Source: Eledone cirrhosa (lineage: Eukaryota). Taken from it: a DNA stretch of 64,000 nucleotides. Of the stretch, positions 1 to 12,400 are shown one piece after another. Every line of letters starts with the position of its first letter. Position 1 is the stretch's first letter. A program made the translations under genes and the position numbers. The notes under the pieces are model-generated. The model had not been told where the DNA came from. It saw only the letters and a program-made list of their open reading frames with translations, and did not search any database. The stretch lies in assembly GCA_964016885.1 (NCBI GenBank), contig OZ024740.1, positions 329,344,001-329,408,000 of the forward strand, written 5' to 3'.

Positions 1-166
1 GACGAAATTTTAATGAATTTTGAAACAGTAGTGATTGACATCGTTTCGGGTTCAAAGTGTAAAGTAGGAAAAATACTATTTTCTTTACAACAATGTTTTT
101 CTTTGATAGCAAAGCCCTTTTTACTTACAGTTTAAAATTATATCGTATATGCTTTTATATACACAT

Positions 167-207
<41 letters not shown>

Positions 208-1829
208 AATATGAAAACATGGCGTGCTGCGTATGAATAAATTTAGTCCTTCATCAGTGATCTTCCAGCCTTCGTTGGTATTTCCTCGCTTTAAAGACCA
301 TATGCCTCTGGTTGGTGCGCGCAACGGCTAAAGAAAGTCGTTGGGACACGTAAATAGGAGGAACGAGCGAGACAGTAAACAAACAAAGATGGTAATGCAA
401 CGAAAAGTGAGGAAGAAGGAGTCGAGTCCCTGAAATCGATGAACATAAGTTCTGTGAAATCGTGGACGAGAGAGAATAAAGACCATCCAACCTGGTCGAA
501 ATGTGAGTAAGGAAAGAATTTATATGTATACACGTATATGTAACGATGTTCTGGCTGTAGAAATGCTTTAAATCATGTAGGATGTATAGAAACTTAATAT
601 TCACCTGTTTATATAAACATTGTTTATGCATATTCCGGGGTTAAGTTCCGGTATTTGTTTCTGAAGCTTCACGATTTCTATAACATATCCTTCAGGAGAA
701 TGGAAATCGATTATGACAGGCACGCGAGTAGTAAGTATAGCGTAGCATCAACAGCTACAACACTTTCCGACTTGATGGACAGAGAATAAGATGTATATCC
801 TTTCCTGAAATTTTAGAAACAAAATTAAAGGCTGTAGCAAATAATTCATAAAGATGTACCACAGTCGCCATGGCGACAGATGGTACTATAATATCACGAA
901 CACCTTATGACAGTTATCTGCACGTCGTGTAACACACGGATACCGGGATGTATCGCTAGCCACCTCAATATTCTACCCTTCATGTTGGGAGGGTCGGAGT
1001 GAAGTAGCGTGGCTTACATAAGGAAATGCCGTCGATCACCGCAGGTATTTGAAGGAGGCCACCAATACAAAATCCACCAATACGTACAATTAAAATAAGA
1101 GCAACAAGGAATTATTAAAGAAACAACACGAAACAATCTCATCGGGAGCTAGTACAAGTCTGAGACCAACTTACCAAATAAACATTTTTTTTAGATACAC
1201 AGACACACATACACACATACACATACATGCACAGACAAATGCGCACATGGATGTCATGTATTTTCACCCCAAGATCGATATCGAAACTCGTCTAATTAAA
1301 AAAGAAAAACAATAGTTTAATGGATGTTAAAAAAGAATATTCATATGACGCAATACTTTACAAATAATATGTATAGAAAAACATTGTGAAACCTATTTAA
1401 GGGAATATTAGATGCCGTATTAAATGTTTCACTAGAAGCACAAGATCACCTATCAAAATTTGTCCATTTAACAGGTCAGCACTACCAACTGGTGAAATAG
1501 TACATATGAAGTGAATTTAACTTGAAAGCATGGGCTGACAGTCTGCATGGGGGTTCAGACCGGATATCAGAGGGAGGTGAATGTTCTTAGATCAGAGTGT
1601 TTCGGGATACGTTGTTTTTTCTGATTTAGTCATTCGTAGAGGTTTATGTTTAAGATATACAATTATTTCGTATCATATTTTCTTCCATTTTTATTCTCAT
1701 GTATTATATAATATATTGCATTTCCTCTAAACGCAAACTATTCTGTTACATTTTCCCTCTAATATATTTGAGGAACAAAAGAAAGCTGTATTTGCAATAC
1801 TTTACTATATTATTATTATTATTATTATT

Positions 1830-4800
1830 CTTTTAGTCTCAGTCATTGATGTTATTCAACTGGAAAGTTTGTTGAAATGAATATCAAGCCGCTACCTGCA
1901 GCCTCAGATATTCTGGATGGAGGCTTCTTGCTGTTCCAAGCAAGCGTGCTTTTTGAAGTGTCCCAAAAAGCGGGGCGGGACCAATTTTCTTTAACCATCC
2001 TTGGAAACTCTTTGAGATAGTACCTAGTGCACCTATGACAATCGGGTCGACTCTGACTTCATGGCAGTTCAAATCCTTTTTAAATCCCACTTTAAGTCCT
2101 GGTATCTGTTAATTTTCTCCCCCTCCTTCTCCTGCACTCTCGTGTCAAATGGACAGGCTACATCTACAATCAGACACGATCTTTTTTCCTTATCAAAAAC
2201 CACCAGGTCTGGCCTATTATGTTCCAGTTTCTTTTCCGTCTGTATCCTAAAATCCCATAGCACCTCCATCTGATCGTTTTCTATCACCGACTCTGGCTTA
2301 TGCTCATACCACTTCTCAGAATGTGGTAAATTGTTTACTTTGTATAGGTGCCAGTGGATCACCGTGCCCATCACATCATGTCTCTAGCCTTTATAATGAG
2401 TCTGGACTAGGTGTTTACACTCGGATACAATGTGAGCCACAGCCTTCTCTCTCTCTCCACAGGTCCTACATAGTCGGCCAGCCTCCTCCTTGTAAATATG
2501 GTGTTTCACACACTTCGTTCTGAGGGCCTGCTCTTGCGCAGCCATTAGCATTCCTTCTGTAGCCTTTTTAAGGTCTCCTCTTTTCAACCAGTTCCATGTC
2601 TGTGGATCTCTGAATTCAGTTTTCTCAAAGGTACAATGAAGGGATTTTTCATGAAGGCTGCTCTTTCTCCTTGTTATTTCCTCCTTAGACATTTCCTGGT
2701 CTATTGTCCTCTCCTTCAGTACAATTATGAGCATTGGCTCCCTACTGTCAGTCACGTATTTGTGCAGGTTATTTTTCTCCATCTGAACACTGTCCTCTAT
2801 GCTGATAGAACCTGTTCCACCTTCAGATCTCTTTAAGTAGAGTCTTTCGACATCGCTCCTCTTGTGGAAGATGTTGTAGATAGTCAATAGCTTCCTAGTC
2901 TTCCTATCCATTTCTTCTTGTTTTATTCCATCTCACTATTCCCGCACTGTACCTAATAATAGACACAGCTCGGGAATTTACTGCGCTTATGGCATTCCTA
3001 CTGTTCAGATGTGATTTTAATACGCTCCTTATTCTCCGAATGTATTCAGATCTTATCAATTCCTTCATTTCTTTGTTCTTGATGTAATCAGCCTCCAGAA
3101 CACCTAAATATTTGTATCCTTCTTCAGTATCAATTTCCTTTATCATCTCACTTGTTGGTACCTGGATTCCGTTGCTTCTGCACAATTTACCCTCTTCATC
3201 ACTAGGACTCCACACTTGTTAAGTCAAAATTCCATACATATATCATTGCTGAAAATACGAACAGTGTCAACACGCACATCCACCTCGTTCTCACGCTTCC
3301 CGAACAGCTTAAGATCGTCCACGAAGAGGAGGTGATTGATGGTAAGATCTCCCCTTCCCAACTTGTATCCTGCTCTCACTTATCGCAGTATAATGGTCAG
3401 AGGCATCAGGAAAAGGACAAACAACAGAGGGGACAGACTATCTCCCTGGAAGATACCTCTCTTGATCTTCACGCTTCCCAAGGATTCTCCAGCCGATGTT
3501 AACTCTGTTTCCCAGGACCCCATACTTTTGCTCAACAACTGTCTGATGTTATCTTCCACCTTGAAGATCTCTAGGCCTTTGGTGATCTAAGAATGAGGCA
3601 CCATGTAAAATGCCTTTTTGTAGTCTATCCATCCCATGGCAAGACCGGTGTGTCTCCTCTTGCAATTCCTCATTACCATATTATCAATAAGTAACTGGTC
3701 CTTTGTACCACGGGACTTCTTTCGGAATCCTTTCTGTTCGTCCGGTAACAAGTTGTTTGTTTGGAGCTGATGGTAGATTTCCTCAGACACAATTATTGTT
3801 AACAGTTTCCACATTACGGACAGACATGTGATAGGTCTATAGTTGGTAACATCATTACCCTTGATTCGGTCTTTCATTACCAGAACTGTGGTACCTTTTG
3901 TCAACCACTACGGTACCTCACCTGACATAAAGCAGTCATTGAACATGGTTGTCAGTTTCGGGTGGAGGGATGTTATATTTTTAATCCAATACCCCTGCAC
4001 ACCATCTGGGCCAGGTGATTTCCAGTTGGTTAGTTTTTTGGCCTGTCCCTTAAGAGTTTCAACTGTGATACTCAAATCAGTTTGTTTGTGTGCCTGTTCA
4101 CTAATCTTTTGTACTGTCTCAATCCACACTGCCTGCTCATTATGTTCAACATCCTGCTCCCATATTCCTCTCCAGAATGTCTTAGTTTGTTCCGCCTCAG
4201 GGATCAAGTCGTTGCCTCTTTCTTTCCCTTCAAGCTGTCCAAACAACATCTTCTGGTTGTCAAACATCCGGTTCTGTCTATACTGACTGACTCTGCTCTC
4301 GTATCGCCTAATTTTTGGACTCTTTGCTACAATGCGTTGCTTCAGTTCCTCTATGATAATGTTTAGCTTTTTCCTCCTAGTTTTGTACTTTATTTCCAGT
4401 CTATGTTTTTTAGTGTCCCATTCAGTACGGACTCAAGCTTTCCAATGTCATTTCTCATTTCCCTGATTTGTCCGTTCAGTCGTTTCTTCCACCAATGTTC
4501 TGATCTTTCTTGTTTGTTGTTTCCTCTCGCTTTTATGCCAAGTAATTTCCCCACCGCATTTGCTGTTGCTTTGAGCATATTGCACTGGTGAAGGTTCCTT
4601 GCCTCAAGGTACGGGATGACTTTGTTTACCTTAGCTGTTGTTTGTTTTAACTTTTTTCTGTCTACAAATCTTAGGTTCATAGGTTTCCCACTATCATTGT
4701 TCATTTCATCTACTACTAAGTTTAGGATATCAACCAAATCTCGTCCTAGCCCGTCAGCATTCATTTCCTCAATGCCCGTATCTTAGTCTCAGGTATTATT

Positions 4801-6010
4801 TATTTCAGCATTCAGATCATTGTCTGCTTCGGATGCTTCCTCCGTTCTCTCAACCTCTTCACCTTCATCTCCCACTGGCTCGTTTGCCTGGCATACTCCA
4901 CTCTCCATTTCTAATCTAATCTCTCTGAGTTCCTCCAGTTCCAGCTCGCTTATCCACCCATTAGTTCTTATTACCCGAGCCTGCCCGGCCAACATCTGTT
5001 CATCTAATTTAAATAGACCATCTCGTTCCAGATGCTAGGCATCCGTTTCCTATAGCCTTTTTCCTTGGGGTTACTCTTCATGTAACATTTCATAACAGTT
5101 CTATTCAATTCTTTCGTCCAGTTGGTTCTGGTCCCTTTCCTTCTTCTTCTTCCTCCAACACCAGCAGTATTTGGATGACAGCCAGGTCCCTGCTGCTGGG
5201 CCAGGGAGCACCTGCTGTGTGAGAGTCTGTCACATGATATTCCAGTCTCCACTTCACGGTTATTCGAACTGTTTAGGTTCGACATTTAAACACTCATATC
5301 GAGGATTGGTGAATGTTTGGTTACATAACCACCGGTGATTTCATCACCCCCAGTGATTTGATCACCCCCGGTGATTTTTGCGTGACACTATCACACTGTA
5401 GACGAACATAAATAAATAAACAAATAAATAGGTAAAAACCTAAAACAATAAACATAAGTTTCATTGTAATGCAATGTTTGAATGTCTGACTTTTTTGTTT
5501 GCTTGTTTGTTTGTTTGTTTTTCTTTTCTTTTTTCTTTTCTTTCCGTTTATCGTTGCTGCTGTGCTCTCTTGATTTTGATTTTTGATTTTTTGATTTCTT
5601 GACCGGGTCATCAAATCATTCTATTTATATCTTTTGATGCCTTCCTCACTTAATGGGATTACTACGATCCCTCTGTCTAAGCAGGGGGTAGTGGGAGAGA
5701 ATAGCGGCGGAAGCGATAACGAGGCAGTGTTGGTGGTGGTGATGTGCTAGTAGTACTTAGCAGGAGGTAGTGGGAGAGAATAGCGGCGGTAGCGATAATG
5801 AGGTAGTGGCGGTGTTGGTGATGTGATCGTAGTACTGTAGTGATGGTGTTGAAGTTGAAGTAGAAATACAAGTTGAAGTAACTTGGCTAGATTTTTTTTG
5901 GTGTGGTGTGGTGGTGGTGTTGGTGGTGAAATTATTTGCCTGTCTGTCCACGTAGCCATTTTCCTCTTTTTTGAATATAACATTTCTGATCCCAAATTAA
6001 ATATTAAATA
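1830..6010 (-). mobile_element. R4/Dong-clade RLE non-LTR retrotransposon, copy 1 (near full length, frameshifted)
   Basis: ORF pieces 5285->1904 give RT ([23 protein letters not shown]), CCHC knuckle (CRTCGEREKAVAHIVSEC) and PD-D restriction-like endonuclease (RPDLVVFDKEKRSCLIVDVACP). 3' end abuts (TTA)n 1808-1829. 5' UTR is shared with copy 3; 5' boundary approximate. Confidence 0.93.
1904..5285 (-). pseudogene. Disrupted single ORF (RT-CCHC-RLE) of Dong/R4 copy 1
   Basis: About nine collinear ORF fragments separated by frameshifts and stops, matching the 950-aa frame at 6528-9380; starts MSNLNSSNNREVETG. Confidence 0.9.
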
Positions 6011-6188
6011 TTGGGGCCCTATGTCATAACGTGATGCGTTGTCGCTCGCTGAGAGTCAAAACTCTACTCTTATGTTTCATTTGTAATAAGAATTATTCTA
6101 TCACAGTTGTTTTAAATATGTAAAAATCAAAAATTTACGGGAGCGATTCCATAACGATATATCCATTATTATTATTATTATTATTATT

Positions 6189-6375
6189 GAGGGTGGTGAA
6201 TTGGCAGTATCGGTGGAGGGTCGGACGTCATGCTTTCCAGCATAGTTACGTCCCTTTCCGATCTGAGTTCAAATCCCGCCGAGGTTGACTTTGCCTTTCA
6301 TCCTTACGGGGTCGATAAAATAAAGTACCAGTAATGCACTGAGTAATTGCTGGCCTTGTGTCTAAAGTAGAAACA
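6189..6375 (+). mobile_element. tRNA-derived SINE family 1
   Basis: A-box-like tggcagtatcgg, B-box gagttcaaatccc, 3' end ggccttgtgtctaaagtagaaac, flanked by (ATT)n on both sides; many near-identical copies in the window. Confidence 0.88.

Positions 6376-6453
<78 letters not shown>
6376..6453. repeat. (ATT)n microsatellite shared as SINE tail and Dong target site
   Basis: Pure ATT run between the SINE 3' end and the Dong copy 2 3' end. Confidence 0.97.
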
Positions 6454-6454
<1 letters not shown>

Positions 6455-9404
6455 CTTGAATCTCAGTCATTGATGTTGGTTAACTGGAAAGTCCGTTGGA
6501 TTGAATATCAAGCCACTACCTGCAGCCTCAGATATTCAGGACGTTACGGAGGGTTCTTGCTGTTCCAAGCAAGCATGCCTTTTGAAGCGTTCCAAAAAGC
6601 GTGAAGGGGCCGATTTTCTTTAACCATCCCTGGAAACTTTTGGAGATAGTCCCCAGTGCGCCTATGACAATCGGGATCACTTTGACTTCATGGCAGTTCC
6701 AAATCCTTTTCACCTCCCACTTTAGGTCCTGGTATCGGTTAATTTTCTCCCTCTCCTTCTCTTGCACTCTCGTGTCGAACGGGCAGGCCACATCCACAAT
6801 CAGACACGATCTTTTTTCTTTGTCCACAACCACCAGGTCAGGTCTATTGTGTTCCAGTTTTTTGTCCGTCTGTATCCTAAAATCCCACAGCACCTTCACC
6901 TGATTGTTCTCCATCACCGCCTCTGGCCTATGCTCATACCATTTCTCAGAATGTGGTAAATTGTTTACTTTGCACAGGTGCCAGTGGATCACCCTGCCCA
7001 TCACATCGGGTCTCCAGCCCTTATAGTGGGTCTGGGCTAGGTGTTTACACTCGGACACAATGTGAGCCACAGTCTCCTCTCTCTCTCCACAGATCCTGCA
7101 CAGTGGGCTAGCCTCCTCCTTGTAGATATGGTGCTTCAACCACTTCGTTTTGAGGGCCTGCTCCTGCGCAGCCATTAGCATTCCTTCTGTAGCCTTTTTG
7201 AGGTCTCCTCTTCTCAACCAGTTCCATGTCTGTGGATCTCTAAATTCAGTTTTCTCAAAGAAGGTACTATGAAGGGATTTTCCCTTAAGGCTGCTCTTCC
7301 TCCTTGATGTTATTTCCTCCTTGGACATCCCCTGGCCTACTGTCCCCTCCTTCAGTACAGTTCTGAGCATTGGCTCCTTACTATAGGTCACGTATTTGTA
7401 TAGGTTGTTTTTCTCCATCTGAACACAGTCCTCTATGCTGATAAGACCTCTTCCACCCTCAGATCTCCTTAGGTAGAGTCTATCGACATCACTCCTCTTG
7501 TGGAACATGTTGTAGATAGTCAATAGCTTCCTAGTCTTCCTATCCATTTCTTTTTGTTCAGCAACATTCCATCTCAGAATTCCCGCACTGTACCTAATAA
7601 TAGACACAGCTCGGGAATTTACTGCGCTTATGGCATTTCTGCTGTTCAGATGTGACTTCAATACGCTCCTTACTCTTCGAATGTATCCAGTTCTTAACAA
7701 TTCCTTCATTTTTTTGTTCTTTATGCCATCAGCCTCCAGAACGCCCAAATACTTGTTTCCTTCCTCAGAGTCAATTTCCTTTATCATCTCACCTGTTGGT
7801 ATCTGGATCCCGTTACTTCTGCTCAACCTACCCCTCTTCATCACAATGACTCCACATTTACCAACACCAAACTGCATACATATATCACTGCTGAAAATAC
7901 GGACAGTGTCAACAAGCACATCCAACTCCTTCTCACTTTTCCCGAAGAGCTTCAGATCGTCCATGAAGAGGAGGTGATTGATGGTAAGCTCTCCCCTTCC
8001 CAACTTGTATCCTGCTCTCACTTTTCGCAGCATAATGGTCAAGGGCATCAGGGCAAGGACAAACAACAGAGGGGACAGGCTATCTCCCTGGAAGATACCT
8101 CTCTTGATCTTCCCGCTTCCCAAGGATACTCCAGTTGATGTCAACTCTGTCTCCCAGGACCCCATACTCCTGCCTAGCAACTGTCTGATGTTATCTGCCA
8201 CCCTGAAGATCTCCAGGCTTTTGGTGATCCAGGAATGAGGCACCATGTCAAATGCCTTTCTGTAGTCTATCCATCCCATGGCAAGATCAGTGTGTCTCCT
8301 CCTGCAATTCCCCATTACCATCTTATCAATAAGTAACTGGTCCTTTGTACCACGTGACTTCTTTCGGCATCCTTTCTGTTCGTCCGGTAACAAGTTGTTT
8401 GTGTGGAGGTGATGGTAGATTTCCTCAGACACAATGCTCGTCAACAGTTTCCACATTACGGACAGACATGTGATAGGTCTATAGTTGGTAACATCATTAC
8501 CCTTGATTCGGTCTTTCATTATCAGAACTGTGGTACCTTTTGTCAACCACTCTGGCACCTCACCCGACACCAAGCAGTCATTGAACATGGCCGTCAGCTT
8601 CGGGTGGAGGGATGTTAAATGTTTAATCCAATACCCCTGCACACCATCTGGGCCTGGTGATTTCCAGTTGGTTAGTTTTTTTGCCTGCCCCTTAAGAGTT
8701 TCAACTGTGATACTCAAATCAGTTTGTTGCTGTGCCTGCTCACCGATCTCCCTCTGTACTGTCTCAATCCACCCTGCCTGGGCATTGTGTCTAACATCCT
8801 GCTCCCATATTCCTCTCCAGAATGTTTTAGTTTGCTCCGCCCCAGGGATCAAGTCGTTGCCTCTTTCTTTCCCCTCAAGCTGTCCAAACAGCATCTTCTG
8901 GTTGTTGTCGAACATGCGGTTCTGTTTATACTGACTGACTCTGTTCTCGTATCGCCTGATTTTTGCACTCTTTGCTACAATGCGTTGCTTCAGTTCCTCT
9001 ATGATAATATTTAGCTTTTTCCTCCTAGTTTTGTATTTTATTTCCAGTCTATTTTTAGTGCCTATGTTTTTTAGTGTCCCATTCAGTAGTGACTCAAGCT
9101 TTCCTATGTCATTTCTCATTTCCCCGATTTGCCCACTCAGTCGCTTCTTCCACCACGGCTCTGCTCTTTCTTGTCTGTTGTTTCCTCTCGCTTTTATACC
9201 AAGTAGTTTCCTCACCGTATTTGCTGTTGCTTTGAGGATATTGTTGCACTGGTGAAGGCTCCTCGCCTCAAGGTATGGGATGACTTTGTTTACCTTAGCT
9301 GTTGTTTCTTTTAACTTTTTCCTGTCTACAAATCTTAGGTTCATAGGTCTCCCACTATCATTGTTCAATTCATCTACCACTAAATTTAGGATATCAACCG
9401 AATC

Positions 9405-9408
<4 letters not shown>
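6454..9408 (-). mobile_element. R4/Dong-clade retrotransposon, copy 2 (5'-truncated, young)
   Basis: (TTA)n on both sides; 3' UTR nearly identical to copies 1 and 3; truncated within the N-terminal coding region at aatcttgt|tattatt. Confidence 0.95.
6528..9380 (-). CDS. Uninterrupted 950-codon RT + CCHC zinc knuckle + PD-(D/E)xK restriction-like endonuclease polyprotein (N-terminally truncated)
   Basis: [55 protein letters not shown]...IVDVACP...K..RY. The native ATG is lost by truncation. Confidence 0.9.
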   Translation of the reverse strand: MVDELNNDSGRPMNLRFVDRKKLKETTAKVNKVIPYLEARSLHQCNNILKATANTVRKLLGIKARGNNRQERAEPWWKKRLSGQIGEMRNDIGKLESLLNGTLKNIGTKNRLEIKYKTRRKKLNIIIEELKQRIVAKSAKIRRYENRVSQYKQNRMFDNNQKMLFGQLEGKERGNDLIPGAEQTKTFWRGIWEQDVRHNAQAGWIETVQREIGEQAQQQTDLSITVETLKGQAKKLTNWKSPGPDGVQGYWIKHLTSLHPKLTAMFNDCLVSGEVPEWLTKGTTVLIMKDRIKGNDVTNYRPITCLSVMWKLLTSIVSEEIYHHLHTNNLLPDEQKGCRKKSRGTKDQLLIDKMVMGNCRRRHTDLAMGWIDYRKAFDMVPHSWITKSLEIFRVADNIRQLLGRSMGSWETELTSTGVSLGSGKIKRGIFQGDSLSPLLFVLALMPLTIMLRKVRAGYKLGRGELTINHLLFMDDLKLFGKSEKELDVLVDTVRIFSSDICMQFGVGKCGVIVMKRGRLSRSNGIQIPTGEMIKEIDSEEGNKYLGVLEADGIKNKKMKELLRTGYIRRVRSVLKSHLNSRNAISAVNSRAVSIIRYSAGILRWNVAEQKEMDRKTRKLLTIYNMFHKRSDVDRLYLRRSEGGRGLISIEDCVQMEKNNLYKYVTYSKEPMLRTVLKEGTVGQGMSKEEITSRRKSSLKGKSLHSTFFEKTEFRDPQTWNWLRRGDLKKATEGMLMAAQEQALKTKWLKHHIYKEEASPLCRICGEREETVAHIVSECKHLAQTHYKGWRPDVMGRVIHWHLCKVNNLPHSEKWYEHRPEAVMENNQVKVLWDFRIQTDKKLEHNRPDLVVVDKEKRSCLIVDVACPFDTRVQEKEREKINRYQDLKWEVKRIWNCHEVKVIPIVIGALGTISKSFQGWLKKIGPFTLFGTLQKACLLGTARTLRNVLNI

Positions 9409-9472
<64 letters not shown>

Positions 9473-9473
<1 letters not shown>

Positions 9474-12400
9474 TTTGAGTCCCAGTCATTGATGTTAGTT
9501 AACTGGAAAGTTTGTTGAAATGAATATCAAGCCACTACCTGCAGCCTCAGATATTCAGGACGTATCGGAGGGTTCTTGCTGTTCCCAGCAAGTATGCCTT
9601 TTGAAGCGTTTCAAAAAGCGTGAAGGAGCCAATTTTCTTTAACCATCCCTGCAAACTGTTTGAGATAGTACCTAGTGCACTATGACAATCGGGACCACTT
9701 TGACTTCATGGGTGTACCAAATCCTTTTTACCTCTCACTTTAAGTCCTGGTATCGGTTAATTTTCTCCCTCTCCTTCTCTTGCACTCTCGTGTCGAATGT
9801 GCAGGCCACATCCACAATCAGGCACGATCTTTTTTCTTTGTCCAAAACCACCAGGTCAGGTCTATTGTGTTCCCGTTTTTTATCCGTCTGTATCCTAAAA
9901 TCCCACAGCACCTTCACCTGATCGTTTTCTATCACCGACTCTGGCTTATGCTCATACCACTTCTCAGAATGTGGTAAATTGTTTACTTTGCATAGGTGCC
10001 AGTGGATCACTGTGCCCATCACATCATGTCTCCAGCCCTTATAGTGAGTCTGGGGTAGGTGTTTACACTCGGATACAATGTGAGGCACAGTCTCCTCTCT
10101 CTCTCCACAGATCCTGCACAGTGGGCTAGCCTCATCCTTGTAAATATTGTGTTTCAACAACTTCGTTTTGAGGGCCTGCTCCTGCGCAGCCATTAACATT
10201 CCTTCTGTAGCCTTTTTAAGGTCTCCTCTTTTCAACCAGTTCCATATCTGTGGCTCTCTGAATTCAGTTTTCTCAAATAATGTACTATGAAGGGATGTTT
10301 CCTGAAGGCTGCTCTTTATCCTTGATGTTATTTCCTCTCAGAATTCCCGCACTGTACCTAATAATAGACGCAGCTCGGGAATTTACTGCACTTATGGCAT
10401 TCCTACTGTTCAGATGTGACTTTAATACACTCCTTACTCTCCGAATGTATTCAGTTCTTATCAATTCCTTCATTTTTTTGTTCTTGATGTCATCAGCTTC
10501 CAGAACACCCAAATACTTGTATCCTTCTTCAGAGTCAATTTCCTTTATCATCTCACCTGTTGCTACCTGGATTCCGTTACTTCTACTCAATTTACCTCTC
10601 TTCATCACAAGGACTCCACACTAACTAATACCAAATTGCATACATATATCATTGCTGAAAATACGGACAGTGTCAAGAAGCACATCAAACTCCTTCTCAC
10701 TCTTCCCGAAGAGCTTAATATCGTCCATGAAGAGGAGGTGATTGATGGTAAGCCCTCCCTTTCCCAACCTGTATCCTGCTGTCACTTTTCGCAGTACACT
10801 GGTCAGGGGCATCAGGGCAAGGACAAACAATAGAGGGGACAGACTATCTCCCTGGAAGATACCTCTCTTGATCTTCACGCTTCCCAAGGATTCTCCGGCC
10901 GATGTTAACTCTGTTTCCCAGGACCCCATACTTTTGCCCAACAACTGTCTGATGTTATCTGCCACCTTGAAGATCTCCAGGCTTTTGGTGATCCAAGAAT
11001 GAGGCACCATGTCAAATGCCTTTTTGTAGTCTATCCATCCCATGGCAAGACCAGTGTGTCTCCTCTTGCAATTCCTCATTACCATCTTATCAATAAGTAA
11101 CTGGTCCTTTGTACCACGTGACTTCTTTCGGCATATTTTCTGTTCTTCCGGTAACAAGTTGTTTGTGTGGAGGTGATGGTAGATTTCCTCAGACATAATG
11201 CTTGTCAACAGTTTTCACATTATGGACAGACATGTGATAGGTCTATAGTTGGTAACATCATTACCCTTGATTCGGACTTTCATTATCAGAACTGTGCTAC
11301 CTTTTGTCAACCACTCTGGTACCTCACCTGACATCAAGCAGTCATTGAACATGGTTGTCAGTTTCGGGTGGAGGGATGTTATGTTTTTAATCCAATACCC
11401 CTGCACACCATCTGGGCCAGGTGATTTCCAGTTGGTTAGTTTTTTGGACCGCCTCTTAAGAGTTTCAACTGTGATACTCAAATCAGTTTGTTGGTGTGCC
11501 TGTTCACTGATCTCCTTCTGTACTGTCTCAATCCACACTGCCTGGTCATTATGTTTAACATCCTGCTCCCATATTCCTCTCCAGAATGTCTTAGTTTGTT
11601 CCGCCTCAGGGATCAAGTCGTTGCCTCTTTCTTTCCCTTCAAGCTGTCCAAACAGCATCTTCTGGTTGTTGTCGAACATGCGGTTCTGTCTATACTGACT
11701 GACTCTGTTCTCTTATCGCCTAATTTTTGCACTCTTTGCTACAATGCGTTGCTTCAGTTCCTCTATGATAATATTTAGCTTTTTCCTCCTAGTTTTGTAC
11801 TTTATTTCCAGTCTATTTTTAGTGTCTATGTTTTTTAGTGTCCCATTCAGTAGGGACTCAAGCTTTCATTTCCCTGATTTGACCACTCAGTCGTTTCTTC
11901 TACCAAGGCTCTGCTCTTTCTTGTCTGTTGTTTCCTCTCGCTTTTATACTAAGTAGTTTCCTCACCGTATTTGCTGTTGCTTTGAGGATATTGTTGCACT
12001 GGTGAAGGCTCCTCACCTCAAGGTATGGGATGACTTTGTTTACCTTAGATGTTGTTTCTTTTAACTTTTTCCTGTCTACAAATCTTAGGTTCATAGGTCT
12101 CCCACTATCATTGTTCAATACATCTACCACTAAGTTTAGCATATCTACCAAATCTTGTCCTAGCCCGTCAGCATTCATCTCCTCAGTGGCCGCATCTCTG
12201 TTCCAGGTATTATTTATCTCAGAATTCAGATCATTGTCTGCTTCGGGTGGTTCCTCCGTTCTCTCGACCTCTTCACCTTCATTTCCCACTGGCTCGTTTT
12301 CCTGGCATACTCCACCCTCCATCTCCAAGCTAATCTCTCTGCTCAGTTCCTCCAGTTCCAGCTCACTTATCCACCCATTAGTTCTTATTACCCGAGCCTG

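Noticed and set aside
235-265. Minus-strand CTGATGAAGGACT hammerhead start
   Set aside because: No closing stem II or GAAA; at most a broken remnant.
870-1150. Possible ancient GIY-YIG remnant (VICTSCN...RKC)
   Set aside because: Too decayed to support by eye.
5679-5830. Spaced direct repeats resembling a CRISPR array
   Set aside because: Only two units, part of a retrotransposon 5' UTR, eukaryotic context and no cas genes.
6189-6290. A/B boxes as tRNA genes
   Set aside because: No cloverleaf; they are multi-copy SINE heads with (ATT)n tails and TSDs.
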